DNA of 64,000 nucleotides from Streptosporangiaceae bacterium (lineage in GTDB: Bacteria > Actinomycetota > Actinomycetes > Streptosporangiales > Streptosporangiaceae): NCBI GenBank assembly GCA_035499215.1, contig DATJZH010000177.1:31-64030 (forward strand), written 5' to 3'. Below the pieces are notes generated by a model that saw only the letters and a program-made list of their open reading frames with translations, did no database searches and was not told where the DNA came from. Positions 17,431-26,157 of the stretch are shown piece by piece (the stretch's first letter is position 1; every line of letters begins with the position of its first letter). A program made the translations under genes and the position numbers.

Positions 17431-19514
17431 TTCTTGCGCCCTCCGTTCGACGATCCGGCGGCAGGCACAATCTGGCCAGCCGTATTGCCATGCGGCAGGC
17501 CGGGCAGGGTGCCGCCCGGCAGGGCCGCCTTGTGGCCCTCGAGGCCGTAGATGTCATCCCAGATCTGCCGGACGGCCGGCGCCGAGACGTCTGCGCCGTA
17601 ACCGGAGTTGGGGATCATCATGACGACGACGTACTTGGGGTTGGCGCACGGCGCGAAGGACGCGAACACCGACGTTGCCAGGTTGCCTGCCACCTGAGCG
17701 GTACCCGTCTTGCCGGCGACGCACACCTTGCTCAGCGGGAACCCGCCGAACGCCCCGGCGGCGGTGCCCTGCGTCACCACGCCGGCCAGCGCGCTCCTGA
17801 TGTAGGCCAGCGCCGTCTGGGACACCGGCAGGCGGCGGGCCACCGGCGGGTTGATCTTCTGCACCACGCTGCCGTCCGGGCCGAGCAGCGCCTCGCCGAT
17901 CCGCGGGCTGTAAAGCCTGCCGCCGTTGGCGAGCGCCGCGTACGCGCGGGCCAGCTGCACCGGCGTAACGGACACATAGCCCTGGCCGATCGCCGCGTTC
18001 ACCGCCTGCCCCGGCGTCCACACATTGCCCGTCTGGCAGTTGTCGTAGTCGATCTGCTGAACGTATGATCCGTTCGCCCGGCCGTACTTGCACCAGTCCT
18101 GCCCGGTATGCGCGTTATCTTTCCAGAAGTAGTACAGCCACTGGCGGGTAGGCACGCTGCCCGGGCTCTGGCCGGGCAGGTCGATGCCGGTGTCCTTGCC
18201 GAATCCCCAGGCCAGTTCCATCTTCTGCATCTCTTGCACCGGCGCATGCGGGCTGGTGACCACATCCGCCTTCCGGTCATCGCCTTGCCAGATGTCGTAG
18301 CCGAAGTTGTAGAAGATCGTGTCGCAGGACAGCACCAGCGCCTGATGCAGGGACATGACGCCGCCGTCGCCGAAGTCGTTGTTGAAGACGCGGCCGCCCA
18401 CGTTCACCGAAGCCGGGCAGTCGTAGCTGCCGTACAGCGAGTATCCCGCGGCCACCGCGGCGGCGGCGGTGGTCACCTTCCAGGTCGAGCCGGGCGCGTA
18501 CTGACCCTGGGTCGCGCGGTTCAGGATCGGCTCTCCCTGACTGCTCCCGAAAAGGCTCCGGTACTCGCCGGCGGAGATACCGCCGGTCCAGACGCTCGGG
18601 TCGTAGGTCGGGTAACTTGCCATGGCGACGATCCGGCCAGTGGTGGTCATAACGACCGCGGCGCCGGTGGTGGCCCTGGCGTTGCCCTCAGCCTGCGTCT
18701 TCAGGATTGCCTGCGTCAGCACTTTCTCCGCGTCCTGCTGAAGCTGAGCGTTGATGCTGGTCACCAGGTCATCGCCGGCTCTCGGCTTGACCCGCTTGAT
18801 TGTCTGCGTGACCTGGCCGCCTGCGTTCACCGCGACCTCCTGCTGGCCCGGCTGTCCGCGCAGCTGACGGTCGTACTGCTGCTCGAGGCCTGACTGGCCG
18901 ACGAGGTCCACGCTGGAGATGCCGGTTACCGGAGCCCCGAGATTCTTGACCTCCTGCGACGTGATCGGCTGCAGGTACCCCAGAACCTGCGCCGCGGCCG
19001 ACGATACCGGCTGCGCGTAGTGCGTGATCGGCTGGACCTCCGCGGTGACACCGGGGAATTCCCGCTGGCTTTCCAGCACCTGAAGCGCCACCTTGGCCGG
19101 CACGTCCTGGGCGACCGGAATGGGCTGATACGGCGACCCGGGCCAGCAAGGCTGCGGCACGCCAGCCGTGCACAGGCGCACCTTCTCCGTCATGACCGAG
19201 TCCCGGATTCCGAGCAGGCCGGCGAGCCTCTTCATCTCGGCCGCTCCCCCGTCGGGCTGCTGGGACAGCTTGGCCATGTTGACCGAGACGACCATCGACG
19301 ACTGGCTGTCCACCATGGGAGCGCCGGTGTCATCGAGTATCTGCCCGCGCACCGACGGCTGGATCACGTTCCTGACCCGGTCCTGGTTGGCCAGCGCGAC
19401 GTAGGAGGCATGCGTCGGCACCTGGAGGTACCAGACCCTGGCGCCCAGGCCGAGCAGCAGCCCCGCCAGGACTAGGTACAGCACAGCGAGCCGCCGCCGG
19501 GATGCGGGGATCAT
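17427..19514 (-). CDS. mrdA: Penicillin-binding protein 2 (elongation transpeptidase)
   Basis: SxxK in PGSTWKV and KTG in AGKTGTAQV. I chose the ATG at 19514 because it overlaps the mreD stop (ATGA at 19511-19514) and precedes the TM segment LAVLYLVLAGLLLGL. Confidence 0.92.
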   Translation of the reverse strand: MIPASRRRLAVLYLVLAGLLLGLGARVWYLQVPTHASYVALANQDRVRNVIQPSVRGQILDDTGAPMVDSQSSMVVSVNMAKLSQQPDGGAAEMKRLAGLLGIRDSVMTEKVRLCTAGVPQPCWPGSPYQPIPVAQDVPAKVALQVLESQREFPGVTAEVQPITHYAQPVSSAAAQVLGYLQPITSQEVKNLGAPVTGISSVDLVGQSGLEQQYDRQLRGQPGQQEVAVNAGGQVTQTIKRVKPRAGDDLVTSINAQLQQDAEKVLTQAILKTQAEGNARATTGAAVVMTTTGRIVAMASYPTYDPSVWTGGISAGEYRSLFGSSQGEPILNRATQGQYAPGSTWKVTTAAAAVAAGYSLYGSYDCPASVNVGGRVFNNDFGDGGVMSLHQALVLSCDTIFYNFGYDIWQGDDRKADVVTSPHAPVQEMQKMELAWGFGKDTGIDLPGQSPGSVPTRQWLYYFWKDNAHTGQDWCKYGRANGSYVQQIDYDNCQTGNVWTPGQAVNAAIGQGYVSVTPVQLARAYAALANGGRLYSPRIGEALLGPDGSVVQKINPPVARRLPVSQTALAYIRSALAGVVTQGTAAGAFGGFPLSKVCVAGKTGTAQVAGNLATSVFASFAPCANPKYVVVMMIPNSGYGADVSAPAVRQIWDDIYGLEGHKAALPGGTLPGLPHGNTAGQIVPAAGSSNGGRKK

Positions 19515-21196
19515 CGGAAGCCTCCCGTCCGGCTGCTGCCGATCCGCCAGACGGCCGAGCGGCCGCCCCGCCGGCGGCGGGTCCATAGCGACAGGACCGA
19601 CCGGCGGCCGGACTGCAGCCGCGCCATCTTGCCGCGCCGTGAGCCGCCCGCGCCGGGCCGGAAGCCGGGCCCCCCGGTCGTCGCGGCCGAGCCCCGCTGA
19701 CGCGCCCGGAATCGCGGCGCCGCCGGCCGCGAGGTCGTGAAGACACGCCGGCCGCGCGGCAGCACCCCGCCCGGTGCCCGGCCGCCGACCGCGCCGTCAC
19801 GGCGGCGGCCCGCCCGCAGCCGCAGGCTGACCGGCCGGCCCGTGAGCGTCCCGCGGGCGGGCCGGCCGCGTCCGCCGGCCGCCAGCCGGCCAGCAGAGCC
19901 GGACCCGGACCGGAACGCCGAGGGACGCAGCGACGAGGCACCCGACCGGAACGAGGGGCCCGGCCGGAACGCCGAGGGACCCGACCGGAACGAGGGGCCC
20001 GGCCGGAACGCCGCAGGGCGCAGCGACGGACCTGACCGGAACGAGGGACCGCGGCCAGAGCCGAAACGATGTCCAGACGAGGGACCGCGCCGGACGCCGG
20101 GACTGTACCCGAGGGAAGGACCGTGCCGGAAGGAAGGACCGCGCGCGGAGCGGCTGGCGGCGCCCGGCTGCGTACCCGGACGGCGCTGCCCCGAGGACCA
20201 GCTTCCTGCGCCGGGCCGCGCGCTGCCCGCGGAGAAGGCGATGTGCGGCAGGCCCGGGCGAGTTTGCCTGCCGCGGCCGGCGACTGGCCGTCCCGTGCCC
20301 CGCTTCGCGGCGAGCCGCAGGTTGACCGGGCGGGCCAGCCGGCGGGAGCCATGACTCCTGCGAGCGGCGGTCCCGGCGACTCCGCTGCCCGGCGACAGGT
20401 GCAGCGGCACGGCGGCGCGGTATCCGGTAGCCGGCCCGTGCCAGGAAGGCGGCCTGCGGCCGATCCAGCCGTCGCCGGGCCGCACCGACTTCTCGCCCAG
20501 CCGCAGGCCGCGCTTGGCCGACTTCCTGGCCGCGCGCGCGGACACTGGCCCAGCCAGCCAGCCGACGCCGCCGAGCAAGCCGGCACCGCTCGACAGGCCC
20601 ACGGTGCCGCCGCCCGCTGCCGCGCCGCCGGGGGCTGCCTGCGACCGCGGCGAGCCGCCAGGGCGCGCGGAGTCGCGGGTTCCCTGCGCCTGCCGGCCGA
20701 CGGCCCACCGGCTCACCGCCACGATCGCCGCCAGCACGAACGAGCTGATCAGGACGTCATACAGCACTGAGCTCGGCAGCACCTGCCGCACCGAGGCCAG
20801 GCTTACCCCGGACGGGTCCAGCGCGACGCTTAGCCCGGCGGACAGCACCTCGCCGGCCGCGGCGGCGGCGGCGGCGCAGATGAGCGCCGGCAAGGACAGC
20901 CGGGCGGGCCGGCCGAGCGTTCCGCGCAGCTTCCCGCAGGCATACCCGACAACGCAGAACACCAGCGCATACTCACCGATCAGCTGGCTGCCGGGCGGCG
21001 CCAGGTCCAGGCAGAGCCCGGCGCAGAAGCCGGTGATCGCGCCGGGCACCGGACCGCCGCACATCGCCAGCGCGATGACGACCAGCAGCACGAGGTCGGG
21101 CGAGCCGCCGCCGGGCAGCGGCAGCCGGTTGATGACCGTCAGCTGAAGCACCACGGCAAGAGCTACCAGGATGGCCGACAGGGCAGCACGCCGCAC
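19511..21196 (-). CDS. mreD: Rod shape-determining protein MreD fused to a ~390-aa Arg/Gly/Ser/Pro-rich C-terminal extension
   Basis: The first ~170 aa are hydrophobic and MreD-like (MRRAALSAILVALAVVLQLTVINRLPLPGGGSPDLVLLVVIALAM..). GTG 21196 lies 1 nt after the mreC stop. The tail frame is supported by ATGA coupling to mrdA and by third-position GC of 90-95% in two hand-counted 60-nt samples. Confidence 0.8.
   Translation of the reverse strand: MRRAALSAILVALAVVLQLTVINRLPLPGGGSPDLVLLVVIALAMCGGPVPGAITGFCAGLCLDLAPPGSQLIGEYALVFCVVGYACGKLRGTLGRPARLSLPALICAAAAAAAGEVLSAGLSVALDPSGVSLASVRQVLPSSVLYDVLISSFVLAAIVAVSRWAVGRQAQGTRDSARPGGSPRSQAAPGGAAAGGGTVGLSSGAGLLGGVGWLAGPVSARAARKSAKRGLRLGEKSVRPGDGWIGRRPPSWHGPATGYRAAVPLHLSPGSGVAGTAARRSHGSRRLARPVNLRLAAKRGTGRPVAGRGRQTRPGLPHIAFSAGSARPGAGSWSSGQRRPGTQPGAASRSARGPSFRHGPSLGYSPGVRRGPSSGHRFGSGRGPSFRSGPSLRPAAFRPGPSFRSGPSAFRPGPSFRSGASSLRPSAFRSGSGSAGRLAAGGRGRPARGTLTGRPVSLRLRAGRRRDGAVGGRAPGGVLPRGRRVFTTSRPAAPRFRARQRGSAATTGGPGFRPGAGGSRRGKMARLQSGRRSVLSLWTRRRRGGRSAVWRIGSSRTGGFR
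19906..20056. repeat. 39-bp in-frame tandem repeat tract inside the mreD tail
   Basis: Unit ccgaccggaacgaggggcccggccggaacgccgagggac occurs at 19942-19980 and almost identically at 19981-20019, with degenerate partial copies on both sides. It encodes 13-aa units of the type PGPSFRSGPSAFR. Confidence 0.9.
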
Positions 21197-21197
21197 C

Positions 21198-22190
21198 TCA
21201 GCCCCCCGTGCTCGGCGAGGTCACCGGTACCGCCGAGACCGATGGTGCTGGCGCCGTCCCCGTCCGGGCAGCTCTGGGCGTTACCGTCACGGTGACGGTG
21301 GGCGTCGGGCGGGCGGCCGGACTCGGCGGCAGCACGGAGAACCGCGGGTTATGACTCGGCGGCGCGATCACGATGCCGACCACGCCGAGCGCGCCGAAGT
21401 CGACGTAGGGCCGGACGAGCGCGAGCGGAGTCAGCGATCCTGCCTTGTTCTGCACCGAGGCGATTGCCCCGACCGGAACGCCCGGCACGTACGGCCGGTC
21501 CCTGACCGACGCCGATGTGACCAGCTGCTGGCCGGCCTTGAGCACCGCCCCGGTGTCCAGCACCTGCAGCTTCAGCTGCTGTGATCCCGCGCTCTTGCCC
21601 TGCCCGGTCACCCAGCCGACGTCTCCGCTGGGCGCGAGCCGGACGCCGACGACCGAGCCGGGACCGGTGGCCAGCTGCACTGTGGCTGTCTGCGCGGTCA
21701 CCGAGACGACCTCGCCCACCAGGCCCTGTCCGTTCAGCACTGTCTCCTGCGGCTGCACGCCGTCCCTGCTGCCCGCGTCCAGAGTCACGGTCTGCTGATA
21801 CCCCTGGCCGGTTGCGATCACGCTGGCGGCCACCACCCGGTAGCCGCCCTTGCCCGACAGCTGCAGCAGCCTGGAGAGCTGAGCGTAGTCGGCCCGGTTC
21901 AGCATGGCGTGGCTGAGGGCTGCCCGGAGCCTGACGATCTGCTCCTCCAGCGCCGTCACCTGCGCACTGCTGCCCGAGCCGGCCCGGCTGGTGAAGAAGC
22001 CGGTCACCGGGCTGGTGACCGCGCTCGCGGCACTCTCGATGCCGCCGAACACCGAGTCGGAGACGCGCCGGATCCCGCTCAGCGCGGACGAGCCGCCATC
22101 CTGGTAGTTGATCGTGATGAGCCCGAGCGCAGCGACCAGGAGCACGCCAAGCACCATGCGGGTCCGCCGCGTGTCGTGCACTGCGATCAC
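21198..22190 (-). CDS. mreC: Rod shape-determining protein MreC
   Basis: N-terminal TM, then coiled-coil VTALEEQIVRLRAAL and the beta-rich domain ..VLNGQGLVGEVVSVTAQTATVQL... Located between mreB and mreD. Confidence 0.92.
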   Translation of the reverse strand: MIAVHDTRRTRMVLGVLLVAALGLITINYQDGGSSALSGIRRVSDSVFGGIESAASAVTSPVTGFFTSRAGSGSSAQVTALEEQIVRLRAALSHAMLNRADYAQLSRLLQLSGKGGYRVVAASVIATGQGYQQTVTLDAGSRDGVQPQETVLNGQGLVGEVVSVTAQTATVQLATGPGSVVGVRLAPSGDVGWVTGQGKSAGSQQLKLQVLDTGAVLKAGQQLVTSASVRDRPYVPGVPVGAIASVQNKAGSLTPLALVRPYVDFGALGVVGIVIAPPSHNPRFSVLPPSPAARPTPTVTVTVTPRAARTGTAPAPSVSAVPVTSPSTGG

Positions 22191-22280
22191 CTCGTCCGCG
22201 CCGCGTCAGGCGGCGCCTGCGCTGACGCCATCCGCCTGCTGCCCTGGCCGAATAACTGCCCGGTAACCGGGTTGCCGATG

Positions 22281-23312
22281 CTAGCGGCGGTATTCGGGTA
22301 CGAGGACCTCGCGCAGCGTGTCGAAATCCTCGACGCATTTGCCGGTGCCAAGGGCTACCGAGTCGAGCGGATTGTCGGCTAGGTGGATGGGCATGCCGGT
22401 CTCCTCGCGCAGCCGCTCGTCCAGGCGGCGCAGCAATGCGCCGCCGCCGGTCAGCACGATGCCCCGGTCCATGACGTCGCCGGCCAGCTCGGGCGGGCAT
22501 TTGTCCAGCGTGCTCGTGACCGCCTCCACGATCACGCTCAGCGGCTCCTCGATGGCGCGGCGGATTTCCTCAGCCGAGATGACAATGGTCTTGGGCAGCC
22601 CGCTCACCAGGTCCCGGCCCCTGATCTCCGCGTTCGGCTCGTCTGACTGCGGGTACGCAGAGCCGAGCGCCATCTTGATCTCCTCGGCGGTGCGCTCGCC
22701 GAGCATCAGCGAGTACTCCTTCTTGCCGAAATGGATGATCGCCTGATCCAGCTCGTCCCCGCCGACGCGGATCGACTGCGACGTTACGATCCCGCCGAGC
22801 GAGATCACCGCTACCTCGGTCGTGCCGCCGCCTATGTCCACGACCATGTTGCCGGTCGGCTCGTTGACGGGCAGCCCGGCGCCGATCGCCGCGGCCATCG
22901 GCTCCTCGATGATGTAGACGCGGCGGGCGCCGGCCTGGTGGCCGGCCTCCTTAACTGCGCTCTGCTCCACCCCGGTGATACCGCTCGGCACCGCCACGAC
23001 AAGCCGCGGCTTGGCCAGGTGGCTGCGGCGGTGCACCTTCTGGATGAAGTACCTGAGCATCCGCTCGGTCACGTCGAAGTCCGCGATGACGCCGTCCTTG
23101 AGCGGGCGGACGGCGACAATGTTACCGGGCGTCCTGCCGATCATGCGTTTGGCCTCTAGCCCCACGGCCACGACCTGCCCGGTATTGGTGTTCAGCGCAA
23201 CGACAGACGGCTCGTTCAGCACGATCCCCCGGCCCCTGACGTAGACCAGGGTGTTGGCGGTGCCAAGGTCGACGGCCATGTCACGGCCGAGAAAGGCAAG
23301 CGCGTTGCTCAT
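22281..23312 (-). CDS. mreB: Rod shape-determining protein MreB (actin-like)
   Basis: [29 protein letters not shown]...[20 protein letters not shown]. Confidence 0.97.
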   Translation of the reverse strand: MSNALAFLGRDMAVDLGTANTLVYVRGRGIVLNEPSVVALNTNTGQVVAVGLEAKRMIGRTPGNIVAVRPLKDGVIADFDVTERMLRYFIQKVHRRSHLAKPRLVVAVPSGITGVEQSAVKEAGHQAGARRVYIIEEPMAAAIGAGLPVNEPTGNMVVDIGGGTTEVAVISLGGIVTSQSIRVGGDELDQAIIHFGKKEYSLMLGERTAEEIKMALGSAYPQSDEPNAEIRGRDLVSGLPKTIVISAEEIRRAIEEPLSVIVEAVTSTLDKCPPELAGDVMDRGIVLTGGGALLRRLDERLREETGMPIHLADNPLDSVALGTGKCVEDFDTLREVLVPEYRR

Positions 23313-23431
23313 GTGGGACGAAGACCTTCCAAAATGGTTCGACCGGGTGATCCGTATTGCCGCACGTCAGATTCCCCCTGGCAACCCCGTGCTCCGTTCA
23401 TCGGCCAGCGCACGGCTGTCTCGATGACGTA

Positions 23432-23566
23432 CGGAATGCCGTTCGTGAACTCCCCGTCGGCGCGGTGCCGGGCACCGGACCGGTGCACTGCGTCGTCCTG
23501 CATCTGCTCCAACGCCCGGCCGCCCCTGATGGTGCCAGGATGGGGTGGAAGCGCTGGGGACAATAA
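23432..23566 (-). pseudogene. ndk: Probable remnant of the nucleoside diphosphate kinase C-terminus
   Basis: The frame of ORF 23309..23590 reads LLSPALPPHPGTIRGGRALEQMQDDAVHRSGARHRADGEFTNGIP. From memory, Streptomyces Ndk reads ..[41 protein letters not shown]. The PGTIRG hexapeptide, the spacing to VH.S and the A..E..P positions are shared. ndk normally sits between DUF4233 and mreB. No N-terminal two-thirds is present, and stops occur in all frames upstream. Confidence 0.4.
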
Positions 23567-23593
23567 ACCTCCTTCACCTGAGGCGACCACATG

Positions 23594-23616
23594 CTCGCCC
23601 GCAGTAAACGGGCGAG
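23594..23616. other. Perfect 8-bp stem hairpin downstream of the folC-DUF4233 operon
   Basis: ctcgcccg (23594-23601), loop cagtaaa, cgggcgag (23609-23616). No U-tract, so this could be a GC-type terminator or part of the mreB leader. Confidence 0.3.
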
Positions 23617-23720
23617 GCCGAAACTCACCCGCAGCTAGAGCCTACAGGCCGTCGCGGCGCAGCGGCAGGGAAGGCACGCCGCTATCTGGTCACGCGATCG
23701 CCGCTGCCGCCGGCGACCGG

Positions 23721-24038
23721 CTAGGTGACCCGCTCCCAGCGGTAGCCAAGCAGGATTCCGATGATCCACAACGCCGCGAAAATGGCACCAAGAAAATACA
23801 TAACGGGCACTATCGCGCCAGCCGCGATCACCAGGAGCTGCAGCAGGCTCCCTCCCACCAGCGTCCAGCTGAGCCGCTTCCTGGCCAGCACGGCTAGCAG
23901 CACCGCAGCGACGGCCGCGCCGCCGCCCGCGATGCCGGCCGCCCGCGGCGAGGCGCGGCTGATCTGCACGGCCACGGGGATCGAGAGTCCGATCACGATC
24001 GCTTCCATGAGAAGGACCGTCGCGCATAGCCGCTTCAC
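23721..24038 (-). CDS. DUF4233 domain-containing small membrane protein
   Basis: MKRLCATVLLMEAIVIGLSIPVAV...WIIGILLGYRWERV. The GTG start overlaps the folC stop (GTGA at 24035-24038). Conserved partner downstream of folC in actinobacteria. Confidence 0.85.
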   Translation of the reverse strand: MKRLCATVLLMEAIVIGLSIPVAVQISRASPRAAGIAGGGAAVAAVLLAVLARKRLSWTLVGGSLLQLLVIAAGAIVPVMYFLGAIFAALWIIGILLGYRWERVT

Positions 24039-25531
24039 TCGCTGTCTGCCGCGACGTCCGGGCGGCCAGCCAGCAGCAGCCGCGCATCACCCGCCGTCAC
24101 CACCGAGCCGGCGATCAGCACGGCGGCGCCGCCGGGAGCCCCGATGTCACGGCCGGCTGCGCCCGCCGGCTCGTCGGCCAGCGCCACGGCGATGTCGATC
24201 GCATCATCCAGCCTGGCCGCGACGGTGACCCGGTCCGCGCTGAACACGGCGCTGGCGAGCTCGCCGAGTTTCTCCGCGGCCATCGACCGCGACGAGGAAT
24301 TGCGGGTGACCACCAGCTGGTCCGCCACCGGCTCCAGCTCGTCCAAGATCCCCGGCACGTCCTTGTCCTCGCTGACCGCCAGGATGGCGACCAGCGAGGA
24401 GAAGGAGAACGCCTCGGTCAGCGCCGCGACGGTGGCCGCCATCCCGGCCGGATTGTGCGCGGCGTCGAGTATCACCGCCGGGCCGCGCCGGACGATCTCC
24501 AGACGGCCGGGCGACGACATCGTGCGGAAGGCCTCGCGCACCAGAGCCGGATCGAGCGGGCCGAGCCGCTGCCGCGAGATGGCCGGCTCCGCCTGCTTAG
24601 CCGCGCCCGGCACTGGCCCGGTCGCGCCGGGCTGGCCGGCCTCGCTCTCGAGCCGGCCAGGCCCCGGCGTGGCCGGTGCGGCGCCGGCGAATGCCTCTAC
24701 GGCCGCCAGCGCGCAGGCGGCGTTTTCCGCCTGGTGCGCACCGAACAGCGGCAGGAAGAGCTCGTCGTAGTCACCGAGCAGACCGCGGATCGCCAGCTGC
24801 TGCCCGCCCAGGGCCAGCTCGCGGCTGAGTATCCCGAATTCCAGTCCCTCTCGGGCCACGGCGGCGCCGACCTCGGCGGACCGGCGCAGCAGCGCTGCGG
24901 CGGCGCCCGGCGGCTGCCGGCCGAGCACCGCGACCGCGCCGGGCTTGATGATCCCCGCCTTGTCGGCTGCGATCGCCTCCACCGTGCTGCCCAGGTAGCG
25001 CTGGTGGTCGATGGAGACCGGGGTTACCACGGCGACAGCGCCGTCGGCGACGTTGGTGCTGTCCCACGTGCCGCCCATGCCGACCTCGATCACGGCGACA
25101 TCGACCGGGGCGTCGGCGAATACGGCGAATGCCATGCCGACGAAGACCTCGAAGAACGACAGCCGGACCGGCTGGCCGGAGTCCACCACGCCCAGGTAAG
25201 GCTCGATCTCCTCGTATGCCTCGACGAAGCGGCCGGCGCTGAGCGGCTGGCCGTCCACGCAGATCCGCTCGCGCATTGAGGACAGATGCGGGCTGGTGAA
25301 CAGGCCGGTCCGCAGGCCGCGGGCCCGCAGCAGGGTCTCCGTCATCCGCGCCGTGGACGTCTTGCCGTTCGTGCCGGTGATGTGGATGACCGGAAAAGCA
25401 CGCTGCGGGTCGCCGAGCAGCGTGACCAGCGCCCTGATCCGGTCCAGAGACGGCTCAATGGAATGCTCTGGCCGCCGCGCGAGGATGGCGGCCTTGATCC
25501 GCGGCAGCCGGCCGCGGGCATCGCCGGTCAT
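24035..25531 (-). CDS. folC: Bifunctional folylpolyglutamate synthase / dihydrofolate synthase
   Basis: P-loop VIHITGTNGKTSTARM, then ..LFTSPHLSSMRERI.. Contains a low-complexity insert (AGAAPATPGPGRLESEAGQPGATGPVPG). Confidence 0.93.
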   Translation of the reverse strand: MTGDARGRLPRIKAAILARRPEHSIEPSLDRIRALVTLLGDPQRAFPVIHITGTNGKTSTARMTETLLRARGLRTGLFTSPHLSSMRERICVDGQPLSAGRFVEAYEEIEPYLGVVDSGQPVRLSFFEVFVGMAFAVFADAPVDVAVIEVGMGGTWDSTNVADGAVAVVTPVSIDHQRYLGSTVEAIAADKAGIIKPGAVAVLGRQPPGAAAALLRRSAEVGAAVAREGLEFGILSRELALGGQQLAIRGLLGDYDELFLPLFGAHQAENAACALAAVEAFAGAAPATPGPGRLESEAGQPGATGPVPGAAKQAEPAISRQRLGPLDPALVREAFRTMSSPGRLEIVRRGPAVILDAAHNPAGMAATVAALTEAFSFSSLVAILAVSEDKDVPGILDELEPVADQLVVTRNSSSRSMAAEKLGELASAVFSADRVTVAARLDDAIDIAVALADEPAGAAGRDIGAPGGAAVLIAGSVVTAGDARLLLAGRPDVAADSE

Positions 25532-25591
25532 GGCATCGTGCGGCTGGCAGCGGTCACCATCGCAGCCTACTCAGGCCGGAGCCGGCCCGCC

Positions 25592-26044
25592 CTAACCGGG
25601 CGAGGAGATCGTTCCCGGGGTGCACCGCCCGTTGATCGAGGTGGGACGCACCCGGACCCAGTAGGGACGTTCGACGGCGGTGGCCCAGGGGTCCAGGCCG
25701 AGCAAGCTGAGCCGCTGGATCTCAGCCTCCTCGTACACCAGCGCGGCGCGGCCGGTCACCACCACACTCCACCCGGACCGGGTCCGCTTATCGTAGTCGT
25801 CGGCCTCGAACGTGACGCGGTCTTGCTCTCCGGCCGCGGTGAGCTTCGAGCCGCTGGCCGTGCGGAAGATCACATCCTGCCCGTCCATGACGTGGTTCAC
25901 CGGCAGGATCACGACCTCGCCGTCTGCGCAGAAGCCGATCCGGCCCAGCGGGACCGAGGCGAGCAGCCGCAGGCACGCGTCAAACGGCAGAGTCTCAAGC
26001 CCGGCATGGTCAAGCCCGGAATCGTCGATCGAGTTCGCAGGCAT
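25592..26044 (-). CDS. Pyridoxamine 5'-phosphate oxidase-like (split-barrel flavin/F420-binding) family protein
   Basis: LETLPFDACLRLLASVPLGRIGFCADGEVVILPVNHVMDGQDVIFRTASGSKL..GWSVVVTGRAALV is the typical Pyridox_ox_2-type pattern. Confidence 0.75.
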   Translation of the reverse strand: MPANSIDDSGLDHAGLETLPFDACLRLLASVPLGRIGFCADGEVVILPVNHVMDGQDVIFRTASGSKLTAAGEQDRVTFEADDYDKRTRSGWSVVVTGRAALVYEEAEIQRLSLLGLDPWATAVERPYWVRVRPTSINGRCTPGTISSPG

Positions 26045-26157
26045 TTCACCCTCCGCTCGGGTGGGCCGCTCGCCCGACCAGCCGGGCGGCCCTTTCGGCA
26101 GGATCGGGAACTCCTCCGAGCCTATTGCACCAGCGCTGCGGCGAAGGCCTCGGAGCT

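Noticed and set aside
19330-20708. Alternative minus-strand frames across the mreD tail (ORFs 19330..20586 and 19797..20708) as a separate gene
   Set aside because: Hand-counted codon-phase GC in 19621-19680 and 20281-20340 favours the mreD frame, and only the mreD frame ends in an ATGA overlap with the PBP2 start. In the 39-bp repeat itself the phase signal is ambiguous, so some doubt remains.
23309-23590. 93-aa ORF overlapping the mreB start (ATGA), considered as a genuine new protein-coding gene
   Set aside because: Its only recognisable content is a degraded Ndk C-terminal motif, and it has no RBS that I can see. It is better explained as an ndk relic. Possible translation as an upstream ORF is noted in the findings.
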